The notes beneath the pieces are model-generated. The model saw nothing but the letters and a program-made list of their open reading frames with translations. It was not told the origin of the DNA and made no database searches. Below are positions 25,288 to 36,381 of a stretch of 64,000 nucleotides of DNA, one piece after another (the first letter of the stretch is position 1; every line of letters begins with the position of its first letter). Origin of the DNA: Utricularia gibba (taxonomy: Eukaryota; Plantae; Magnoliophyta); contig CM007990.1 in assembly GCA_002189035.1 (NCBI GenBank), positions 2,480,001 through 2,544,000 on the forward strand, in the 5' to 3' direction. The position numbers and the translations under genes are program-made.

Positions 25288-27412
25288 ATGGAGGAAGGGA
25301 GAGAGCAACACGTTTACTTGGCCAGGCTTGCGGAGCAGGCCGAGCGATACGATGGTACACCCTCTCTCAATTCTTTCAACACGGCTTTTCGATTTCTGGG
25401 CTTTTTGAGGCTTTAATCGTGCATTCACCTTCATTTCTCGTTTCTCATTTTGTGGTGTTGCTTCTCATGTTATCATTCTCCATCTCTGAAATCTTCTTTT
25501 TTTTTCTTGCTTTCCTGGTTACGATTCTATTGTGTAGGCATCTTGGAATGTGAAAAACTTTTATTTCATTGTGTAAAATATTCAACTTTTCATCTGTGGG
25601 GTTGCGACATCAGAGATGGTTGAAGCTATGAAAGAGGTAGCTAGATTGGGTGTTGAGCTGACTGTTGAAGAAAGAAATTTAGTGTCGGTTGGCTATAAGA
25701 ATGTAATTGGGGCTAGAAGAGCATCCTGGCGTATCTTGTCATCTATCGAGCAAAAAGAAGAGAGCAGGGGACATGAACTGAATGTGAAACGGATTAAGAC
25801 TTACAGAGAGAGTGTTGAAGACGAGCTCACTAAGATATGCGTGGACATATTATCAGTGATTGACGAGCACCTGCTTCCTTCCTCGTCAACTGGAGAGTCC
25901 ACTGTTTTTTATTACAAAATGTAAGTTCTGCCGTAGATAATGACAAAAGCTACTTCCAACGGCAATAATGCCATTTTGTTTGTGGTGGAAAAAATATTTC
26001 ATTGCGGCTGATTGTGCTATGCATGGGGTTCTGATTGGCTGCTGAACAATGATTTTTTAATAGTATTGTGCTATCACTTCTGTTTTATTTTGAATCAAGC
26101 CATTCTTTGGTTGATTCTCTAGGAAGGGGGATTACTATCGCTACTTAGCTGAGTTCAAAGCAGGAGAGGATAGAAAAGAGGTAGCAGAAAAGTCACTCAA
26201 GGCATATGAGGTATGCGTCTATTTTTTGTGCGACTTTCTGTTTGACGGTAGGCTCTCTATCTCTGGCTTGAATAAACACCCATTTTATCTACATTATCGA
26301 TATTGTATATTGTAGGCTGCCACTAGTGCTTCTACCAAAGATCTACCTCCAACACATCCCATCCGACTTGGTTTGGCGCTCAACTTCTCAGTTTTCTACT
26401 ATGAGATCTTAAATTCTCCTGAGAGGTATGTCTATTTGTTCTTCATGCAATTAATGAAGCGGGGTAATTTTCCCTACTGTAACTAATATTTGTGTAGGGC
26501 TTGCCACCTTGCGAAACAAGCTTTTGATGAAGCTATCTCTGAGCTTGATAATCTTAGTGAAGAGTCCTATAAAGACAGCACCCTGATCATGCAGCTTCTT
26601 AGAGATAACCTTACCTTGTGGACAACCGAACTTCCAGAAGATGGAGGTACACCCAATCTGTCAAATGATGAGAAATTTGGGTCATATGAAGTAAATATCA
26701 AACCTTTTTATATCTGATATTTCTGATTCATTTAAGAGGATTTTTCCTGTGTATCTCCTTTTTCCTCATAATTGTCTTTAGATGCTTTCTACAAAACTTT
26801 TCCTTATCACCTGTTTGATTGCAATCTCCTTTCATCTGGTTGAAAAATCTTACTGAGTGCTGAGCGCGCATTTTCCCCCAAATTCTCGTTCTACATGAAA
26901 ATTATAATCGTTTTTTGTAGGACAAGTTTCTCTTTTTATCCACAATGCCTTTCTTTTTTCTTCTTCTTTTTCAACCAACTAAGTGGGGTGGCTCCTACTG
27001 GATTCCTTTTTTTTCCTCTTTTTTTTTGCATTACTTATTTCTGCACTTTTTATCTCTTGTAAATTATCTTTCTCAGGATGAGTTAGACTTTATATTCAAA
27101 CGTGCATAGCAGTCATTAATTTCCTTGAGAATTAGCAAACTCGGTATTTTAAGAAGATGTGTACAGAGCATGCCCTATATGTTTTTGGACGGGCTTCTGT
27201 AACTTTAGCGGTTTTGTCATCGTTGCTCATTCTTCCCTCTATATTTGTGTTGTCTGAATTCTAAGGCTTTCAATTTGTGAAACAATAGGTGATGCCTCAA
27301 AGGTGGATGACGCAGGAGAGGTTTGTGTTTGGTTTTTGACATTTGATGTCGAATCTACTGTCTGGTTTTACCCTCTTAACTGCATGTTTGCTCATGAATT
27401 TCGCAGAGCTAG
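25288..27412 (+). CDS. 14-3-3 protein, epsilon group (close to tomato TFT7 / Arabidopsis GRF10-11). Exons 25288-25354, 25614-25920, 26123-26210, 26316-26425, 26498-26646, 27289-27320, 27407-27412
   Basis: [98 protein letters not shown]; all phases close with GT-AG introns. Last two small exons ([12 protein letters not shown]) are inferred from splice sites. Confidence 0.93.
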
Positions 27413-28001
27413 TAGTCACAGCCCTGGTAAACCGGACGATCGTTCTGCCTGGGGGGTCGTCTTAGCTGCTTCTCCAGGGAAAGGGCATTGTGTTTTCTAA
27501 ATGGGATCATGTCAATCATTGGCTGTTTGCACATTGTTGTCGTTGGTAGTTTGTTGAAGATGGTGGCTTCATTTACTGTGTTAAACGGCATTAATTTAAG
27601 TCGTTGTGTGACGATACATTGAAACAGTAATTCCTCAAGGGTTCAGAACAAAGGTTGTCTTCAGGACGGTAAGTTGGCAAAAATTTACAGCAAAATCATC
27701 CTGTCTGTTGACCAAATGGCAATAGTGATAGCAGGGAAACATCTGAAGAGTCAAAACGTGCAAAGAGCTATCACAGATTCTAACACAACTGTGCATTCGC
27801 CAAGATTTTATACATATATACATATGCAGTAACGAATACAAGTCAACAGACCATCATCTGAAGATGGCTGTGTCCCTTTGTAAGACCTTCTGAATTCGGA
27901 TTATCATCTGAAAACGAAGCACAAACGGATCTTAATGAACCTCTCCAAATAAAACAGATTATGGTTACTTGATGCTGGAGCAATGTAGCTGCAGCTGCTG
28001 C

Positions 28002-30329
28002 TTACCCTGTTTGAGAAAGCCCTGTCCAGTTCAGTAGACGGTGGGACTGTGTATGTGTTTCCAAGAAAGATGAGGTTGTTCCTATACCAGTTTCTTCTCC
28101 GTGATTCTGGCTCGAGTAACTGGAGCTGGAAGGAGACCAAACAGGGACTGTGATTCCGTCCCTTCCATGTCCACTGCTAGTTGATGATTCCGATGTCGAA
28201 TCCTCCAAGATTCGTGTAAAGTTATGTTGGATGGCAGCAATATTGGGTATGTCTCTTGTTGGCTCCCGAGGCACCTCACCTCTAGCATCCTCAGTGTTTC
28301 TGATCTCAGTAGATGTGGCTTCGTCATCACTCCGGAATGAGGAAGTTGTCATGGTGGGCACCATTTGGTCCTCATAACGTCTGATGATTGGATTCCTGAG
28401 GCGTGGTTCATGATCATCCATTTCCATTTGTGAGTCCTGAGGAAACGCTATAGGCGTGTAATCAGTTGAGTCCCCAAGGCCCTCCTCTGTTCCATTATCA
28501 ATGGAAGCCGCTTCAAGCTGCCACATTTGGGAAATGGCCTCTTCCAACCGCGTTCTTGCAGCAGAAAGTTGTATAATCGGGCGAGGGTAGTTTGAGCCAA
28601 GCTCAATCCCTGCAGCTTGCAGCACAGATTCTGGTGCGTCCCACGGGTGATGTATCCACTCAGTAGGCAATCTGGAAAGCTCAGGAAGCCATCTCCTTAC
28701 GTACTCTCCATGGGGATCAAATTTGTAGCCTTGGTACTGTTGGGAAAACAAAACCAGCTGCTGTAAACATCATCGACAAATATGAAGGTGCTTGAAGAAA
28801 ATAGAGGTTAACCTGTGGATTTTCAATACGGTCGAACTCACGACCATCCGGAAGTGTACCAGAGATGTATTGCCAACCGAGTGCATCACTTTCAAGATCT
28901 GCATCCAATAGTGTGTCCCAAAAGTATTTCATTCCCCATCTCCATGGAAGCTGAAGAACCTTCACAAAGAAGCTGGAAACGACAACACGTATCCGATCAT
29001 GTAGCCAGCCGGTGGCCCAGAGCTCCCTCATACCCGCATCAACCAGAGGATATCCTGTTCTTCCTTGTCTCCAAGCCTTGAAGTAGCCCTCATCGACAAC
29101 CCATGGAAAATGCTTCAGATGACCAAGCAAAGGCTTCTCGTGACTCTGAGGATGATGAAAACTCGTGTACCTTGAGTACTCCCTAAGTCCAATACTCTTG
29201 AGAAAAAGATTGATGCTCTCTTCCCCTGCTGCATTTCCCTCATTTGCCCACAATACTTGCTTCATACGAACAAGATGGAACACCTTCCGAACGCTGATTT
29301 CCCCAAAATGTAGATGAGGGGACAAGAATGAGGTTGTAGCACTATCAGCCTTCCTTCGGTTTTCCGAGTATTTAATCAGAGGTCCATTTAGAAAGGTCAT
29401 GAGTGAATTGTTTGCATTGATCCACCCAGGTGACCATGCTCGTGCAAGAAGCGCATTGCTAGCTTTGTCAGACTCATCTTCAAACACCACATTATCTGGA
29501 TGGCATCTTGATACATCACCTGATAACACAACGTCATTCAAAAAATGAAAAGTAGCCGCACTCCAGTAGAGAAAAGCTTCTTATGAGATAAACCTCAATA
29601 CCAGAAAGAATTCTTAGGGGTGGTAGGAGTGGGGCTTCAGGATTATAAGGCATGCTAAGGCTTCTCCTCCAGAACTCCGCAAAGGTTGTAAAATGCCGGC
29701 CATCATCATCAAGAACTTCCCAAGGCTCGTAAAGCAAGTCGGCATTAAATGAACTCACAGCCACACCCTCAGAGGTCAAGACTTCCTTCACCCTGTGATC
29801 CCTAACCAGTGATATCGGATCTACGACACAAGAAATATAAAACGTCAAGTTACAGAGAAAAGACACTAAATAAGCCTTTAATCCCTCACAAAATGATAAC
29901 TCCAAACTATTCCAAGCAGAATGACTCATCATAAACATCAGCAACTAGATTCTACAAACATTGGAAATGCAAAAAAAAACATGACTAGATCCAGTAGCCA
30001 TTAAAGGGACACCAACCATATAAATGGTTGAAGAATAAGCGAGTAGCTCCAGTGGATTTGACAACTTGAAGTAGACAAGACACACTGTCTGTAGATCTCT
30101 TGATTAAAAGGGGAGCCCCAAGGCTCCTCAATGAAGAATCAAGATGAGCTAAACTCTGCTTAAGCCACCATCTGGAAACTCTACCAGGGTAGTAGTGACC
30201 TTCTTCTTCCGGTGCCCATATAAACAAAGGGATCACCGCACCGATCCTAACACCAGCCGCTAGAGCCGGATTATCTTCCACTCTCAGATCCCTTCTGAAC
30301 CATACTATACTGCACCCACCTCTAGACAT
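28002..30329 (-). CDS. CRY1: Cryptochrome 1 blue-light receptor, 657 aa. Exons 30329-30017, 29820-29602, 29519-28813, 28736-28002
   Basis: SIVWFRRDLRVEDNPAL, TSFLSPHLHFGE, GYPLVDAGMRELWATGW, LESDALGWQY, C-terminal DAS motifs DQMVP and DSTSESS, ending LSQTG; exon lengths sum to 1974 nt (in frame). Confidence 0.96.
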
Positions 30330-31769
30330 GCCCACAACACGTTGATTCTTGTTGATGGATGCAAAGATGTGAATCCCCTTTTTAGTGGAAGCGCGTGTGA
30401 CTCTCTACATACAACTACACATCCACTGGAGGAGGGAGATTATTTTTTTCTCCGGGGAAAAGGGAATCTTGGGCGAGGTGCTGATCGACGAAAGCAGAGT
30501 AGCATAAAGAAGTTTGGGTGGGGGTGGGAGATGAGGTGTGCGGGTAGAATGGACGGCCCCCATCTGGGGAAAGAATCGAGTATTTGTAGCCACAGAAATG
30601 TCGACGGATGCTCCCACCACCAATCTGACTTCTCAGCGGCATCTTGTCTTCCTTATCCTAACAACACACACCCTCTCTCTCTCTCTCCTGCCGTACAGGT
30701 GATCATTCCATTTCATTCCGCATGGCCACAGTACCCCAATAAGAAAAATAGAAACTTTCTTAAGGGAAAATCAGTGATATAGGCTTACGCAAAATTTTTA
30801 TATAATCAAAATAACTAATTTGTATTTAAAACACAATAAATATATACTTTAAATAAAAACTGAAAAAAAATATATTTAGTTTAGTTGATTTTTGTTAGAT
30901 ATTCAAAAGTAATTTTTATATAAACAATATTTTTATATATTTTGGATACAATATTATTATTTAAAAAATATTATGATTTATAATATTGAAAAAATTAAAT
31001 AATGATTTATATAAAATAAGTTATTAATAAAATTAATTGTATTCAAAAATTTTATAATTTTTACTAATTTTTTTCTTTTACATAAATTTGTGATTCTCGC
31101 ACACTCAGGTATGCTAGTATGGCAAAGTGAGTGTGAATTCTCGGTAAACTAAGTTAATTTATAAATTTTAATTTTAATATTTTGAATTAAAAAATTTAAT
31201 AATAAATATTTATTTATTTAATCAAAACTCTAACCTAATCACTTGATTTTTTCATATTTTTGCTCATCTTCATTTCGAGTGCTCGATCATTAATCTTTGA
31301 TTACCATTGTCACTCGTCATTCAAAATCTGATGATTACCATTCATTGGTTATCACTTTAATATTCATTTTTTTTGTGAATATTGTATTTTTTATTTGAAA
31401 TTTATATTTTTGGATTTATAATATGATGTTATATGATGATAATTTTGCAAGTGCGTAGAAATCATCCATTATAGAATCAATCATGTTAACAGAATTATTT
31501 CACATCTTGTGATAACTTATATTTTTCCCATACTCAATTCTAAAAAGAAGAAAAGGGAGAAGAAGAATACCATTATACTTCCAGTCATGCATTCCTATAT
31601 TATGCCCTTGAAATGATCAATTGGGGTTATGGTAACCCTCCCCCCCCCCCCCCCCGTCGACCAATTGGCTATGTATTTAATGTAGTTTGAATGAATTTTT
31701 TTTAAAAAAAGTTATCTGAAATAATTCATATATAATATAATATTTATTGTAATTGCATAAGAATATGCG

Positions 31770-32010
31770 TTAAGTGTTTATCTATAAGGTTATGTTGATG
31801 CAAAATTTTGCAATAGATGCAGGCTATAAAAAGCATTGGTGGGTATGCTTTTCATCTTGGTACAACAATAGTAAGTTGGATTTCAAACTCCTCGCATGTT
31901 AAAATATGACTCCTCAAATACTATTGCCATAATCCAAGATCCTATTTACCATTGCTGCACAAAGCATATCTCCATTAAGTATCATGCTATTCGAAAATTA
32001 CTACAAGCTT
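31770..32010 (+). pseudogene. Ty1/copia RNase H remnant
   Basis: Degenerate GYVDA..F...KSIGGYAFHLGTTIVSWIS and YDSSNTIAIIQDPIYHCCTKHISIKYHAIRKLL. Confidence 0.6.
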
Positions 32011-34085
32011 AAGAGATCAACAAAACATGCTATTCAATGACACTCCAAGTAAGTGACATAATGACAAAACCACTTTCCACTCTTGCGTTTGAGTTCTTAA
32101 AAGCAAACTTGGAGTAGCTAATAGAAGTGTAACTTCAACAGGGAAATTGTTGGCTGCACTAAAGCCACTTCAAAGGTATATGTTGGAAATTAAATATATA
32201 TGAAGCTTGAGAATAGCGATGAAATTCTATTCTCTTTTTATGAACTTGGAACGATATGAGATTAATATCCAAAATAAATGAAGAACACACAAATATATTT
32301 ACCAAATAAAACCTAGAAAATTGGAAAACATCTTTAGCTCAAGTTCACCTCAAACAAGAGTAGCAATTCACTATGTTTAACTAGAATACATGAGCTCATA
32401 AGCTTAGTTACAGCAACTACAATCACATGTACTCACAAACTTAGGAACAAAGACTTCCCCCACTAGTACACCAACGATGATTCTTCCAAATCACCCAAAG
32501 GAAACCTATTGTGCCTTATCATCCCCATGATTGCAACTTATCACACCATGGTTCCATAACCATTCCACAACCCAACAATTGAACATCATCTTTGCTAGGC
32601 CCAACAACACTTCTAGTCTATTGAAAAAAACTAACCATATCTTGTACATTCCTTCTACACTATCAACAAGCAAGCCAAAATAAACTCACTTTACTTGGAT
32701 GCAGTGATTGTAGCTGAGTAGCTCTATGACCCGAATCTCTCATAGTTCATTACCACATCATTCATAGATTGCTACCTCGTTGTTTGATCAGTTTAGTTAG
32801 TCTTGGTATTTAAGCAGAGTAAGTTATGTCTTGTCTATTATCTTTCTTATAGAGTCCAATTGTTTTGGTTGTGATCAATCAACACTTTGTTTCTTTACAT
32901 TCTCACCATTTCATTTTGTTTTCTGATCATTGATCAAGTTTTTTTTGGTTTTTACCATTCTAATCACCTTAAGTGTTGCACTATCAATCAATCCAACAAT
33001 TGATTCTCATAAAGCTCTCTTCTCAATTACATATAAAATAGGAACAATAGTTTTTTCCTATCCTCTACTACTTGAAAAGGCTTGTGCAATCCTTGCTTAC
33101 TTCGTATATGACATTCCAATAGCAGTGGGCACGGGTCCGACTTGTATGAGTTCGAGTCAAGTCGGATGAATCAAAGTCGAGCTAGTTGACTTAATGAGTC
33201 CAACCCACCATGAGTTAACTCGACTCATATATTAGTTAGCAAGTAGTTCCATGAAATACAATGAAAAATTATCCACTACTTTGGATCACAAAAATCAAGA
33301 TATTATAATTAGAATAGGCATAAATAAAAATGTATATTTAACTAAACATAACTATACTAGAGTATAATGAGAAAGAAGATAAAATAAAAAGTTGTTGCCT
33401 TCACTTCCCTCAATAGTTCCCTCAATTGAAAAACATTGTGTTTTTTCATAACATTATGTAATTTAAAATGTTGTTTTTGTTGGTGAATGTGTTCTAGAGA
33501 CAATTAACTCATTGGAAATCTTATCTTTTGATGTTTACTTTGAATTGTGATCAAGTTTACATCATTGATAAAATCCTCTACTTGATCTATGTATTATAGA
33601 AATTATGACGAGATCATAATGCTGCAAGGCATCCCATGCTGCACATCCTGCGCGCATGCTTGTTACAGCCTCACCCGCATGCGGTCTATGTACTCGCCAT
33701 GTCTATCCGCGTGCGGGGTCCTGGGCATAGAAGTTAGCACAGCACCAAAACACAATCTTTTATTCATACTTAGCCAAAAAGGGTCGAGACCAAACAAGTA
33801 GAGAAAGAGAGGAAAGAAGAAAATTATGTAAGGTTCACATGATGCCTTCCAAGTGCTCCCTTGACCACCATCGCTCAGCCGCCCCATCCTCGCCATCCAC
33901 CACGCCTACCCATCCATGTTCTCATTCCCATATGTCCCTACAAGACCTATAAAGGGGTTAGTCTCGTATTATACATGACCTTGACCATATAAACACATAG
34001 AGAAGAAGAAGAAACTTGACCATACCCTTGACTGACTGATGCCCCCTTGATTGAACCCTAAGGTTCCCTTGATTGAACCCGAAAA

Positions 34086-34252
34086 TGTCACGACCCACAC
34101 TCGCCTTGCACGATATTGTCCACTTCGGGCACTCAACCCTCATGGTTTTATGTTCTCCCCTTATGGGGAAAAGGCCTCATGTAAGATCAGCAGGATCCTT
34201 CTATTTAAGCACGTCCCCACCCCCATCCGTAATCAATGTGGGATGCATAACA
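34086..34252. repeat. Short (~167 bp) LTR-like unit TGT...ACA (TRIM/copia type) inside the hAT element
   Basis: TG...CA ends, GATATTGTCC..TTCGGGC and ATGTGGGAT motifs typical of small plant LTRs; no TSD or PBS found. Confidence 0.45.
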
Positions 34253-34439
34253 TCACTAGGCCCTTCCCAAAAAGGGCACCGATGCTTTTTCTCAAACTCA
34301 CTTGGCTTATGTGTGTTTTGGGAGAAATGGGATGCCTTTGATCGAATCTTACCTGAGGAAGTTAGGAAATAGTGGGAGATGGTGAAAGGGACTAGAGGAT
34401 AGCATGGAAAACTAAATAGACAAGCATGGACTGCATAAA

Positions 34440-34910
34440 TCAGCGTGTGAATAGCGCTGGCGAGGAAGGCTGGCATGGGCGGTGCGTGAAAAGGGCCTTA
34501 CGTGAGTAGCACTGGTAGGAGAGGATCACACGGGGCATGCATAGGCAGCACACGGGTGAGACATCATGCGAGTAGCACTGCGAGAAGGGATATGGGGGAG
34601 CAGCATGATGGTGAGATATCATGCGAGTAGCACTGGCAAGCAGGGACATACACAGATGATGCGATGGCGAGACATCATGCGAATAGCATTGGCGACCAGG
34701 GACTTGCATGGGCAGCACAATGGTGAGACATCATGTGGGTAGCACTGGCGAGCATGGATGTGTATGGGCAGCGTGATGGTGAGACATCATGCCAGTAGTG
34801 TTGACAAACAAGGACATGTGCGGGTATGACATCATGTGAGTAGTGATGGCGAGTAGGGACATGGCACGCACAGTGCATGAGCGAGACATCGTACGAGCAG
34901 CATGGCAAGT
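34440..34910. repeat. GC-rich tandem repeat, ~56-bp unit, ~8 degenerate copies
   Basis: GAGA(C/T)ATC anchor at 34558, 34613, 34669, 34725, 34781, ~34825, 34883; consensus GTGAGACATCATGCGAGTAGCACTGGCGAGCAGGGACATGCATGGGCAGCACGATG. Confidence 0.85.
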
Positions 34911-36381
34911 AAGGTAGCATGCAAACAGCAAGTGTGTAGAGGTTAGCGCATCTTCCAACATCTTCATGCTCTCTGATATTGATCCGCAAATGGGCGATTT
35001 TCTCTACTAGCACCTAAGGAGATCAACCAGCATTCTACAGCTTTGAGAAGGTTATTGACGGAGTGCTTCACGTGTAAATACCATAGAGGCCATCTACTAT
35101 GGGCGGTTGGTGAATAATAGAGTCCTCTGAAAGATATTTTCAGCATCCCTTTATTTGATGTATACTGTGTTCCAAGATCTACATTGGAGGTTTCTCAAAA
35201 AATTTTAAATTTTGCTGCATTTCTGACATGCGATGTCTACAAGAAACTCAACAGTTTTTAAACTCTATATCTGATATGCTATATTTTATTGGTTTGGGCT
35301 TGAGCCTAATAATTAGGTTTTATAAAAAGAAAGGTAATGAATCATTAAATTAATTCAAAGTATTTTTCATTTTAAAAAAAATTGAATTGAATTAGTGAGT
35401 CGACTTGTACTCGTGAATGTAGACTCAACTCATACTCGTTTTCACATGAGTGCGAGTCACAAGTTGACTCGCTACAGATCAACTCACCAGGTCGACAGGT
35501 TGACTCGTACTCATGCCCACCTCTACATTCCAATCCCACATTCATTGTGGAATGAGGACCGTGAAGAATTTTGTGCAATACGAGATTTATGGGGACAATG
35601 ATGCTCAGAAACTTTGGATTCTCTAATATTGAAGAAGATTCTTGTTGCGTGAAGCCAATATCATTCACTAGATTATGGTGATCGTCAATGGCATTTGATG
35701 AAGAATTCAAAAAGACATATATATAATTTTTGGGATAAGAGGAAATCTAGGGGTGCCTTCAATTCAAGGAACATGGTTTATCTATAACCATCTTCTCACA
35801 AGGAAGGTAATGGATGGTTAGCATTGGAAATTCGATTTATGCTGCTACATTGGCTGGTTTCACCTATTCTTCCTTCACCATAAGTTGATTGGATTAATTT
35901 TACAAGCGCTTAGTTTTGAGCTGGTTGTAATACTCTTGATAATTTGCAAGACAAATCTTGAGATGGAAGAGAAGGATGACTTTCGATACTAACTTGTTTA
36001 TAGACTCAAAAGAGCAATATTTTTCCCTATACCAATGTGCAATTGAATGCCAAGTCCATAACTTGTCGAGAACCAAAACTTTGTAGAAGAGATTTAGCTT
36101 TTTTAAAAAAAAATAACCAAAACAACAAGAGATGTTTAGTTTCAAATAATGGAAATCAGTATTTTTTTTGTGATCCAATTCACTCTAATGCCTTTCAAGG
36201 ACTTGCCTGAATAGAAAACAAGGGTTTTCTTTGGCAACCAGTATTTGTTCATAATCCAACTCGTTCTAATGTCTTTCGGGGTCTTGCTTAAATAGAAAAT
36301 AAGGGTTTTCTTTATTCCTATTGATCATAAATTCTTTTATTTTATTCTTTTTTCAAGTATGATGGCCTTCCAGTAATTGGA

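Larger units (their letters stand above)
33120..35525. mobile_element. Non-autonomous hAT element with perfect 8-bp TSD CATTCCAA
   Basis: TIRs TAGCAGTGGGCACGGGT / ACTCATGCCCACCTCTA; CATTCCAA at 33112-33119 and 35526-35533; GAGTC/GACTC subterminal motifs at both ends; no transposase ORF. Confidence 0.9.

Noticed and set aside
31640-31655. C16 homopolymer upstream of CRY1
   Set aside because: A single run in AT-rich DNA; length is unreliable in assemblies and there is no supporting context.
34440-35013. Cys/His-rich ORFs on the minus strand with repeated spacing, and CRISPR-like look of the array
   Set aside because: They are translations of the 56-bp tandem repeat; units abut without unique spacers and the DNA is eukaryotic with no cas genes.
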